A DNA stretch of 24,000 nucleotides from Candidatus Sigynarchaeum calidifontis. GTDB taxonomy: Archaea > Asgardarchaeota > Lokiarchaeia > Sigyniarchaeales > Sigyniarchaeaceae. Within the stretch, counting starts at the first letter, position 1, and every line of letters starts with the position of its first letter. A model generated the notes under the pieces. It had not been told where the DNA came from and did no database searches. It saw nothing but the letters and a program-made list of their open reading frames with translations. Shown in pieces: positions 1 to 7,455 of this stretch. Position numbers and translations under genes: made by a program. The stretch covers positions 12,007 to 36,006 of the forward strand of contig JAUQYZ020000243.1 in the NCBI GenBank assembly GCA_030587475.2, read 5' to 3'.

Positions 1-17
1 TACTCTCGGGCATCCGG

Positions 18-1148
18 TTGCCATGCGCGATGCTTGATCTCGATAATTACAACGCCAATCTCGCGATCATCCGGGATGCCATGAATGCTACAAGGAAAAA
101 AATGCGGCTTTGCACGAAATCGATTCGCGTCCCGGAGCTGGCGGCATCGATCGCCCGCGAGGACTTCGCCAGTGGGCTGTTCGCGTCCCGGGCGGCGGAG
201 GCACTTTACTACACGGCGGAGCACGGGGTCAAGGACATCATGGTCGGGTACCCGCTCATCGCCCCGGAGGACGCGCGAGATTTGTGCAAGGCCAAGAAGG
301 AACACGACGCTGCAATATCGGTCATGGTCGATTGCCCGGCCCAGCTCGAGGTGCTAGAGGCAGCTGCTTCCAATGCCGGGATACATCTTGATGTCATCAT
401 CGATATTGACGTGGCAGACTCTTTCCTCGGGATGAAAGTGGGCGCCCATCGCAGCCCGATACATGACCCCAAGGCCGCGGTTGACCTCGCCATCCACATC
501 GCAAAGAAATGCCCGCATCTTGAATTCGCCGGTATCATGGGCTACGAGGCGCAGAATGCGTCCATCGGGGACTCGTCCGCGTTCATGCGCTGGATCAAGG
601 CACGTTCACGCAAGCATGTCAACGCGCTCAGGGCTGCGGTCGTCGATGCTCTCACGAGTGCCGGGTTCCCACCACGCATCGTCAACGGCGGGGGATCTGG
701 CTGCTATCCAGATACCGCTGCGGAACCTTGCGTGACAGAACTCGGCATCGGCTCGCTGCTCTTCAAATCGCACCTCTTTGATTCCTTTCGCGTGCTGGAG
801 AAATACAAGCCAGCGATGTTTTTCGCTTTGCAAGTTGTTCGAAAACCATGCAACGATATCGTCACAGCCTTTTCAGGCGGATACGTGTCGTCTGGTGTTC
901 GCGCTCAGCCGATCGTGCACATGCCAGCCGGCATCTCTGCACTCGATAGAGAAGGCTTCGGCGAGGTGCAAACACCCTTGAAATTCGATCCCAGGAAGCT
1001 CCAGCTGAACCCCGGCGACATCGTGCTTTGCAGGTTCGGAAAAGCAGGCGAACCCCTGGAACACTTTAATGAAGTGCTCGCGATTTCGAATGGAACCGTG
1101 AAAACGAGATATAAAACATACCGTGGCTTAGGTTTGCAATTCTTCTGA
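18..1148 (+). CDS. Fold-type III PLP enzyme, alanine-racemase-N / D-serine-dehydratase-like (amino-acid deaminase/aldolase family); possibly 5'-truncated by the window edge
   Basis: 376-aa ORF. N-terminal LDLDNYNANLAII segment followed by a candidate PLP lysine in RLCTKSIRV. GYEAQ, NGGGSG and ELGIGS motifs fit the racemase-type TIM barrel, with a C-terminal beta domain. The listed start is TTG, and the frame stays open back to nt 3, so the true start may lie upstream of the window. Confidence 0.7.
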   Translation: MPCAMLDLDNYNANLAIIRDAMNATRKKMRLCTKSIRVPELAASIAREDFASGLFASRAAEALYYTAEHGVKDIMVGYPLIAPEDARDLCKAKKEHDAAISVMVDCPAQLEVLEAAASNAGIHLDVIIDIDVADSFLGMKVGAHRSPIHDPKAAVDLAIHIAKKCPHLEFAGIMGYEAQNASIGDSSAFMRWIKARSRKHVNALRAAVVDALTSAGFPPRIVNGGGSGCYPDTAAEPCVTELGIGSLLFKSHLFDSFRVLEKYKPAMFFALQVVRKPCNDIVTAFSGGYVSSGVRAQPIVHMPAGISALDREGFGEVQTPLKFDPRKLQLNPGDIVLCRFGKAGEPLEHFNEVLAISNGTVKTRYKTYRGLGLQFF

Positions 1149-1180
1149 ACTCTTGCCTTGCTCGCTAGATCATGTCATGG

Positions 1181-1198
1181 AAAAAAAAATGGCAAAAA
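1181..1198 (-). terminator. Oligo-T tract (T9 and T5 on the minus strand) just downstream of the 1206..1628 gene
   Basis: Plus strand reads A9 (1181-1189) and A5 (1194-1198), i.e. T-runs on the minus strand within 25 nt of the stop codon. This is the usual form of archaeal intrinsic terminators. Confidence 0.5.
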
Positions 1199-1205
1199 GA
1201 CGGGA

Positions 1206-1628
1206 TCAAATCAAGCCCATTAGCATCAGCGGCAGCAAGGTCACGTATATCAACCATTGGACAGTCAAGTACAGCACCAGGGTAACGAGGGCAAGGAGGA
1301 TCGCCACGGCCATGCCTCGTCCGAACGAGGTATGATAGGCCATAGAAATAAGCCCTGCATACGCAAGCCAGATGGTAACCAACCCGATAAAATACGCAAA
1401 CGGCTCTGATAGCGCGATCGTCAAGTAAGGCACCATGTACTTGAGGATGACATACCATATCCCAACGCCGATGAGTACCACGAAAAAAGCCCTGCCAAAA
1501 CTTCCCGCGTGCCGATTCCTGATGATGCCTTTTGACATCGCGTTCAAGATCGCGGCAATGATGAGGAGTACCACGATCATGATGATGACATCGACTATCA
1601 TCTTGATTTGTTCTTGAGTTAATGCCAT
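1206..1628 (-). CDS. Small membrane protein with about 4 TM helices, unknown function
   Basis: The ORF track gives 1206..1667. I prefer the internal ATG at 1628 (MALTQEQIK...) because a GAGGTG Shine-Dalgarno-like motif (complement of 1638-1643) lies 9 nt upstream. About four long hydrophobic segments. No family recognised. Confidence 0.6.
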   Translation of the reverse strand: MALTQEQIKMIVDVIIMIVVLLIIAAILNAMSKGIIRNRHAGSFGRAFFVVLIGVGIWYVILKYMVPYLTIALSEPFAYFIGLVTIWLAYAGLISMAYHTSFGRGMAVAILLALVTLVLYLTVQWLIYVTLLPLMLMGLI

Positions 1629-1673
1629 GTTGATGACACCTCTATTATAACAACTCGTGTAGCCCAATGAAAC

Positions 1674-1693
1674 CGTAATATTAATTAATTTCG
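1674..1693 (-). promoter_or_regulatory. Candidate TATA box for the 1206..1628 gene
   Basis: The minus strand reads AAATTAATTAATATTAC here. The position would put a transcription start about 30 nt upstream of ATG 1628, leaving the GAGGTG motif in the leader. Position and composition only. Confidence 0.35.
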
Positions 1694-1921
1694 AGGCAGT
1701 TTCGTGGAATTACATTCACGTGGTAATTGACATGCAATCGCGGCCGGTAGAGATGACGAGAACATTGGAACTCGTAAAACGATTTCTCATGGAATGGCAT
1801 TCCGGGAAAGCTGGCGAGCTACTCGATCGCTTCCCGTGAGCCAACACATGATGTACATAGAAATCGGTGCATCCTTTTTTCGGACATTATCGCGTGCCTT
1901 CTATCACGTGAATACATGGTG

Positions 1922-2557
1922 TCAATCTGCTGGATACTTGCCGAAAAACCTGCACAAGTTATACAACTGTGCTTTTGCATGAGGTGAACAGTAATCATAA
2001 GGAGAGCGATTGTTATCCGAGGAGAAATCGAGCGTGTGCTCGTTCACGTTCCAATGGATATGCGGGAACTCGGAGCCGGGTACAGGAACGAGGAACCCGA
2101 TGCTATCATTTACATTGACGCTTTGAAAAAGATGCACCGAGATATTCTGCATTTGTGCATCGATCACGCTTGGGTTGGTCGTCCATGGTTCGAACGCGAT
2201 GAAATAAGACCACCGCGCGTCGATCGTGACGGTCACGTCAATGATCCAATATCCATTGCTCATCTGATGCTTCGAGATCTGGGTAACCATGCCACCCGCG
2301 GGGGCGAAAATCTCCGTGGGATTCTCCAGCTTGAAATCGAAGCCGTTGTGCACCTGACCCGTGGAGCGATTATCATGGAACACTTGTATCCCGCTCACCA
2401 TGGCGAGATCGTGGACAGGGAGTGTGAATTGTGGTGACGGGGCCGTGTAAACGAGAACTGCGAACACGCCGAAGGCACCAGCCCCGATAAGAGCCAGCAC
2501 GAGGAAAGCACGGCCAACCTTCTGCTTGGTTGAAAGCGGGCGCTTTTTCTTGGTCAT
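1922..2557 (-). CDS. Signal-anchored protein with M23/LytM-like metallopeptidase motifs
   Basis: The ORF track start (2563) is GTG. ATG at 2557 is preferred because AGGTGA (complement of 2567-2572) lies 9 nt upstream. N-terminal basic stretch plus one TM (FLVLALIGAGAFGVFAVLVY). The ectodomain carries HNGFD (HxxxD), APAGGMV and PHIHWNV (HxH) in the order and spacing of LytM/M23 zinc sites. Confidence 0.55.
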   Translation of the reverse strand: MTKKKRPLSTKQKVGRAFLVLALIGAGAFGVFAVLVYTAPSPQFTLPVHDLAMVSGIQVFHDNRSTGQVHNGFDFKLENPTEIFAPAGGMVTQISKHQMSNGYWIIDVTVTIDARWSYFIAFEPWTTNPSVIDAQMQNISVHLFQSVNVNDSIGFLVPVPGSEFPHIHWNVNEHTLDFSSDNNRSPYDYCSPHAKAQLYNLCRFFGKYPAD

Positions 2558-2611
2558 GAACACGAATCACCTAAAGCTGGTTGAACGTTCCATGTCGATT
2601 TCTGGGCCATG

Positions 2612-2650
2612 CAATGTTAATATGTCGACCTCCCTAAACTTATTTATTCA
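2612..2650. promoter_or_regulatory. Divergent promoter region with two AT-rich TATA-like elements
   Basis: GTTAATATG (2616-2624) could serve the minus-strand gene and TTATTTATT (2640-2648) the plus-strand gene. Both lie at plausible distances from ATG 2557 and ATG 2698. Composition and position only. Confidence 0.3.
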
Positions 2651-2697
2651 GATGAGTATCTCTTTCGTAATAGTGCTCGACTTCTGCCGGGAAAACC

Positions 2698-3603
2698 ATG
2701 CACGCCTTCAATCGTGACCGCACGCTCCAGCCCAGAAGCGTCGCGGCTGCATCGGCAATCGTTGCAGCGGCTTGTGCCTTGCTTTATCTTTCCACTGGCC
2801 AAGCGTTATTCGGTACATCGGCCTCGATCGCGCTCGCAAGCGCGGGCATCGCTGGTGGTTCTTTTATCGCTAAAGCCCAAGCACGAAAGGCGAGAAAGCG
2901 CGCGATTGCCATAGCGTCCGAGGCCAGGGAAATGACAAAGGCCAAGTTGAAGGAGATCACGCGGCCATCATCTGAACCAAAAAGCGACGCGAAATATGAG
3001 CTCGCTTACGAGGATCCAGCTGCTATTGACGATTATTTCGCGTTCCAAGAAGCATTGCAAGCAATTTTCCTTATCGACGATGTCACGGGCGAGTTGCTCA
3101 CGTCGCTCTATCCCAACGATAACGATCTAGAGTCTGAGGAATGCTGGCTCGTAACGGTCCTGTCTTGCTTCGTGGAGCAGTCGAAAGATTCTCTCGAGCC
3201 CGTCGTGGAAGGTAGCCCGCTGCAACTTGGAAAGTTCTGCGAGCTTGGCCGGCAGTTCCTCGTGTATGGGATCAATCGCGGTTATTTGATCACGTTCGTC
3301 ACCGCCGAAGGAACCCCGGTGCCGGACATCGTCCACCGGCGCGTGCAAGGGATCCTCGAACACATCGATGCGATGGGGATCCACGGGCTCTGGGACCAGA
3401 GCATGGCCGACACCATATCCGCGATATTCGACGAGCATCTCCCGTGGGGAAGCATCGTGGGATATCGCATTCCTGCCGTGGTACTCGACAATCACATGGC
3501 CAAGCATCAACACCCCGGCGATGACGATTCCATCGACAGCACCGAAGAGATCTTGGATGATTTGTATCAGTTAAAGCAGGCATTCCAATTAGGGAGGGAT
3601 TGA
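2698..3603 (+). CDS. Membrane-anchored hypothetical protein (2 N-terminal TM helices, basic/coiled linker, cytoplasmic alpha/beta domain, possibly Roadblock/LC7-like)
   Basis: 301-aa ORF. Hydrophobic segments SVAAASAIVAAACALLYL and SASIALASAGIAGGSFIA are followed by a KARKRAIAIASEAREMTKAKLKEI linker. The AIFLIDDVTGELLTSLYP ... FLVYGINRGYLITFVTAEG ... VHRRVQGILEHIDAM pattern resembles Roadblock-type beta-alpha-beta folds. That domain call is weak. Confidence 0.55.
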   Translation: MHAFNRDRTLQPRSVAAASAIVAAACALLYLSTGQALFGTSASIALASAGIAGGSFIAKAQARKARKRAIAIASEAREMTKAKLKEITRPSSEPKSDAKYELAYEDPAAIDDYFAFQEALQAIFLIDDVTGELLTSLYPNDNDLESEECWLVTVLSCFVEQSKDSLEPVVEGSPLQLGKFCELGRQFLVYGINRGYLITFVTAEGTPVPDIVHRRVQGILEHIDAMGIHGLWDQSMADTISAIFDEHLPWGSIVGYRIPAVVLDNHMAKHQHPGDDDSIDSTEEILDDLYQLKQAFQLGRD

Positions 3604-3615
3604 GAGGGAAGGATC

Positions 3616-4392
3616 ATGGCAGACTTTTCTGAACGCATTGCATCTGCAAGCGAGAGGGACGCTTGCGTTCTTGACGTCGACAACCTCGTCGATGCGATGC
3701 GCGGGATCGTGCCAGGGACTGATGATGGAGCGCTGCAATCCATGGCCTTGAAGATAAACGACATCATTCAAGATGAATGCCAGCTCCACAAGAAGATACT
3801 CGTTCCACGGCTATACACGAAGATACGGCGGCGGATAGGTCTCCAGTCCACGGCGGCGCTGCAAGTCATCGAATACCTCGAGAAAAACCATTTTATAAAG
3901 GACAATTCTACGCTCCTCAAAGCCACGCTCATGGAAAACGGGCGGCGGAAAATCATCTTCCAGGAGATCTCGAGATTTCCCGGGATTTATTTCAACCTTC
4001 TTAAATCCCGAACAGGCTCCGGAAGCAAGGTTTTGGAGCACCATCTCTCGATACTCATCGAGTTTGGCTACATTTTCGAGGAGTCGATGAACGGGAAGCG
4101 CTGTTTCTTCCCCGCAACAACGTCGAGGGAGGATGCATGGTTTCATTACTTCTTCCAGCTCGAAACTGCGAGAAAGCTCATCGACGTGCTATCGCAAGCG
4201 GGCGATGAACGACTCGAGCTGCAAGAGATCAGCAGGCGTGCTTGCCTTGCATACCCGCTCGTGGCATATCACATGGCCAAGCTGCTCAACAAGAACGTCG
4301 TCGTGGTGCAAGAATCAGTGGACCGACGAGTGTATGGATTGAGCCGCGAATTTGCCGCATTCGTCAAGCGTATGCATGATTTGGTCGATTGA
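3616..4392 (+). CDS. Multi-winged-helix (ArsR/MarR-like wHTH) transcriptional regulator
   Basis: 258-aa ORF starting 12 nt after the previous stop, with a purine-rich GGGAAGGA just upstream. Two to three wHTH-like units, e.g. RRKIIFQEISRFPGIYFNLLKSRTGSGSKVLEHHLSILIEFGYIFEESMNGKRCFF and LELQEISRRACLAYPLVAYHMAKLLNKNVVVVQESVDRRVYGLS. Confidence 0.65.
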   Translation: MADFSERIASASERDACVLDVDNLVDAMRGIVPGTDDGALQSMALKINDIIQDECQLHKKILVPRLYTKIRRRIGLQSTAALQVIEYLEKNHFIKDNSTLLKATLMENGRRKIIFQEISRFPGIYFNLLKSRTGSGSKVLEHHLSILIEFGYIFEESMNGKRCFFPATTSREDAWFHYFFQLETARKLIDVLSQAGDERLELQEISRRACLAYPLVAYHMAKLLNKNVVVVQESVDRRVYGLSREFAAFVKRMHDLVD

Positions 4393-4608
4393 ATCTTTCA
4401 TTGGGCGTGGCGCCCCGTCTTCCGCGAGCAAAGCGTGATCGAAGCTTCCTTCCAGTTCAGCGGCCATAATTATCACTGCTCCTTATTGGTCATGATCGCG
4501 TTGGTGCGCATGAACTAGTTCCAGGTTTTCATGCATTGGTTTAATTCTGTGTCCCCGGGAAACGCATCGAGAAATCCAACGTCGTATCGTGAATCCATTT
4601 CCTCGTTG

Positions 4609-5721
4609 CTATGGTTTGAGGAGGAAGAGTATCCATGGTATCACGATGGCTATGATGACGAGCGGGACGACGCAGCAATTGCGGCAAGAGTTTGTCGGGA
4701 GCACGAATCGCCTCGCGAGCTCCAGGATGGCTTTTCTTTGCCGCCATGGTTCCATGTTGATGAGCGGCTCGAGGAGTTCCCTCGAATCGCTCGTGAGGGC
4801 GTCGATGTAGAGCAAGCCGATATCCGAGATCATGGCCGCAAAGAGCGAATACCAGTCCCGTTGGTCATACAGCGACGGGTTGGCATTGTACCCGCAACCG
4901 AGCGGCTCTTTTGGCGGGTGCGCTGCCCACTCGCGGAAGATCAGCCCTTTGAGCTGGGCATCCATCTTCTCCACGTTCGGTCCCAAGGTCTTGTAGACCG
5001 GATCGACGAGCTTTTCGTTGATCGCGCTAACGAAAGCGATCTCCATGAGCCCCGCATGGTGATCCATGTTGATGGCCTCGAGCTCATCATCCGACAAGGG
5101 TTGCTGGCCGAGCTTCTCGGTATATTTCGAGAAGACTGCTTTCGGGTCGTCCATGTATATGGTCTTGGCGATCCAGTGGTTCGGCGAGAGGATGCGAACG
5201 TCGAGTTTCTTGTACTTCCGCATCACGCTATTCGCCGCCTCCTCCATCGAAAAGGAATGTGTCATGCCATGGTGGACGCTCATGAGCAGCATTTTCCGGA
5301 AGCCGGCCTGCACGAGGCTATCTAACACGCCCTTGCACAGCTCGTAGATGGTTTTTCGCGAGTTGTTGATCGTGCCCGGGTGGCCGCGGTTCGTCCCCGT
5401 GCCGACGGGGATGCCGGGAAACTCGACGAGCGTGTATTTCTTCCCGTCACGTTCCTTCTTGAGCACGTTCTTGAGGAGGTCGATGGCGAGGTAGCATTCG
5501 ATGAAATCCGATCCGAGCGGCAGGTACTTGCCGTGGATCTCCATCGGGCTGATCGGGATGAGCACGATGGCCTTTTCCTTGTCCGGCAAGTCGATTAACT
5601 GCTGAAAATTGATTTTTTCATATCTCACGATGGTTAGATTCTTGTCTTCGTGCATGTACATTGCATCATGCCTGTACAAGTCGATGTGCTCGATCGGCAC
5701 CCCACGAATGTCCGTTACCAT
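4609..5721 (-). CDS. Creatininase-family metal-dependent amidohydrolase with a C-terminal transmembrane tail anchor
   Basis: 370 aa. IPISPMEIHGKYLPLGSD matches the family motif P.G..E.HG.HLP...D. SVHHGM and DHHAGLMEIAF supply the remaining His/Glu ligand motifs. The C-terminus is NSCRNCCVVPLVIIAIVIPWILFLLKP, one hydrophobic helix. A TATA-like box lies 27 nt upstream of ATG 5721. Confidence 0.8.
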   Translation of the reverse strand: MVTDIRGVPIEHIDLYRHDAMYMHEDKNLTIVRYEKINFQQLIDLPDKEKAIVLIPISPMEIHGKYLPLGSDFIECYLAIDLLKNVLKKERDGKKYTLVEFPGIPVGTGTNRGHPGTINNSRKTIYELCKGVLDSLVQAGFRKMLLMSVHHGMTHSFSMEEAANSVMRKYKKLDVRILSPNHWIAKTIYMDDPKAVFSKYTEKLGQQPLSDDELEAINMDHHAGLMEIAFVSAINEKLVDPVYKTLGPNVEKMDAQLKGLIFREWAAHPPKEPLGCGYNANPSLYDQRDWYSLFAAMISDIGLLYIDALTSDSRELLEPLINMEPWRQRKAILELARRFVLPTNSCRNCCVVPLVIIAIVIPWILFLLKP

Positions 5722-5744
5722 CCATCTTCACGGTTTCTAAATGG

Positions 5745-5776
5745 TATTATTAGGATTCGGTCTTTTCATATAAATA
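5745..5776. promoter_or_regulatory. Back-to-back TATA boxes of a 76-bp divergent intergenic region; both mRNAs probably leaderless
   Basis: TATAAATA (5769-5776) is centred about 26 nt upstream of ATG 5798. TAATAATA on the minus strand (5745-5752) is centred about 27 nt upstream of ATG 5721. Neither start codon has a Shine-Dalgarno motif. Confidence 0.6.
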
Positions 5777-5797
5777 GGCATTTTTGAAACCACGTGG

Positions 5798-7246
5798 ATG
5801 TCCATGGATTATGCAGAATTGATGCAAAAGCTCAAGGCACTCGCCGATGGGCCTATCATTCCCCTCCCAGACAATGTCAAATCTGACGCGTTGAGACAAT
5901 ACGATCAACGGTTCAAGAGATCGAAGGAACTGGCCATCGAGGCCAAGAAATACATACCAGGCGGCCACGAGCACCAGAATGCCATCAAATTTCCCTTCAC
6001 GATCTTCATGCAAAAAGCGCAAGACGCCTATCTCTATGACATCGACGGTAACCGGTTCGTCGATTATCTCATGGCATCTGGTCCCATAATACTTGGTCAC
6101 AACTATCCCGAGCTGCGCGATTTCGTCGTGGATGTAATCAAGGAGCGGGGACCGATCACGGGGGTCATGGTCGATTACGAGGTCATGGCTGCAAAGGAGA
6201 TAATCAAGCACGTGAAAAGCATCGAGCGCGTTCGCTTTTATCAATCCGGAACGGAAGTCGGCATGGCGGCTGCCCGGCTCGCCCGCTGCTTCACGGGGAA
6301 AGAATACATCATCAAGGTGGGGGGATCATATCACGGCTGGTCCGACACGCTCGTCTACGACTTGCACTTGCCCGGCTCGGCCAACATGTTCTCCTACGGC
6401 ATCCCGAAGGGTGCCATCGACAAGACGCTGTCCGTGAAGCCCAACGATGCCCGCCGTATAGAGAAACTCATCACGCTCTATGGTAAAGAAGGCAAGGGCG
6501 GCGTGGCGGCCGTGTTCCTCGAGGGCCTTGGTGGCGACGGCGGCACGTGGTACGTCCCGCCCGAGTTCTACAAGGAGGTGCGGGAAATTTGCGACAAGCA
6601 CGGGGTATTGCTGGTCATGGACGAGGTCATCACGGGTTTCCGGCTTGCCATGGGCGGGGCGCAAGAATATTTCGGCGTGAGAGCGGACATCACGATGCTC
6701 GGCAAGATCGTCGGGCATGGTTATCCGTCAGCTGGCGCGCTTGGTGGGCGGGCAGACATCATGGGCTATCTCGGTGCTCAAGCTGAAAGCATCGATGGAA
6801 AGAAGCAAGCGATAGAGAGATCCGTCATGACCGCGGGCACCATGGCTGGTAACACGCTCACGTGTGCCGCCGCGTGGAAAGCGATACAGCTCATCGAGAA
6901 AACCGACGCGATCAACGTGGCCGGGCGAGCAGCGACCAAGATCTGCAATGGCATTAATGATATCTTCCAGCGCGCCTCTCTACCCTTCGTGGCCTACAAT
7001 TTCCAATCCATCATTCACATGCCGATGACCGCGTTCTATTTCGTGAACATGAACCGCCCCGACGCGTTGCAGCAAGTCGACTTGCGACGCAAGACGCTGC
7101 AAGATTACCAGATGCTGCTTGCCCTGGAAGGCATCAATTCCTTGCAAGCAATGCGATATTACACGTGTTTAATGCACGATAACCAAGCGATCTATGATGA
7201 AACGTTCAAGGCATTTGAGAGCTTTTGCAAAAAGCTCACACATTGA
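5798..7246 (+). CDS. Class-III (fold-type I) PLP aminotransferase, glutamate-1-semialdehyde-2,1-aminomutase-like paralog
   Basis: 482 aa. YDIDGNRFVDYLMASGPIILGHNYPEL, GTEVGMAAARLAR, YHGWSD, LVMDEVITGFRLAMGGAQEYFG and the PLP-lysine motif MLGKIVGHGYPSAGALGGRADIM are collinear with the HemL/class-III family. The N-terminus is extended and HemL's GGVNSPVR-type motif reads GGHEHQNAIKF. Confidence 0.85.
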   Translation: MSMDYAELMQKLKALADGPIIPLPDNVKSDALRQYDQRFKRSKELAIEAKKYIPGGHEHQNAIKFPFTIFMQKAQDAYLYDIDGNRFVDYLMASGPIILGHNYPELRDFVVDVIKERGPITGVMVDYEVMAAKEIIKHVKSIERVRFYQSGTEVGMAAARLARCFTGKEYIIKVGGSYHGWSDTLVYDLHLPGSANMFSYGIPKGAIDKTLSVKPNDARRIEKLITLYGKEGKGGVAAVFLEGLGGDGGTWYVPPEFYKEVREICDKHGVLLVMDEVITGFRLAMGGAQEYFGVRADITMLGKIVGHGYPSAGALGGRADIMGYLGAQAESIDGKKQAIERSVMTAGTMAGNTLTCAAAWKAIQLIEKTDAINVAGRAATKICNGINDIFQRASLPFVAYNFQSIIHMPMTAFYFVNMNRPDALQQVDLRRKTLQDYQMLLALEGINSLQAMRYYTCLMHDNQAIYDETFKAFESFCKKLTH

Positions 7247-7263
7247 ATCTTGGGGAGAGAAGT

Positions 7264-7437
7264 ATGATGCAATCAAAGATTGTTCAGATCAACCTATCCA
7301 CGGGAAAAGTGTCAAGCGATGACGTGAAGCAAGATGACGTTCAAACCTTGAAACACGTGATACATCGCGGGGAAGGTCGCGGGGAGCATTGCTTTTTATG
7401 GATTCTTGTCGAATATTTGATCCAGTCTTGGATGTAG
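7264..7437 (+). pseudogene. Relic of an AOR 5' end (about 28 in-frame codons, then frameshifted) in tandem with AOR1; could alternatively be a 57-codon upstream ORF
   Basis: MMQSKIVQINLSTGKVSSDDVKQDDVQT aligns with the AOR1 N-terminus MVQSKILRVNLSTESVSIENTKQEDLEL, 14/28 identical by my count. It lies exactly 192 nt upstream. A GGGGA motif is repeated 6-7 nt before both ATGs. AOR-like residues continue in another frame (RGRSRGALLFMDSCRIFDPV). Confidence 0.6.
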
Positions 7438-7455
7438 CAAGATCGGGGATATGCG

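Noticed and set aside
1717-1910. CACGTG palindromes in intergenic DNA (1717-1722, 1905-1910; also 5791-5796 and 7354-7359) as a possible shared regulator site
   Set aside because: A 6-bp palindrome is expected several times by chance in 24 kb. The flanks are not conserved between copies, and one copy lies inside the AOR relic.
4531-5325. 264-aa plus-strand ORF overlapping the creatininase-family gene
   Set aside because: It is antisense to an ORF that carries the full collinear creatininase motif set. Its own sequence is Arg/Glu/Asp-rich with no recognisable motifs, which is typical of a shadow ORF in GC-rich coding DNA.
7247-7455. Possible cofactor-sensing (Moco/Wco-type) riboswitch or structured leader upstream of the AOR genes (also 10075-10284)
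   Set aside because: The known Moco RNA motif is bacterial, and I cannot recognise its conserved helices here. The 7247-7455 spacer is better explained by the AOR 5' relic. A covariance-model scan (Rfam) would be needed to revisit this.
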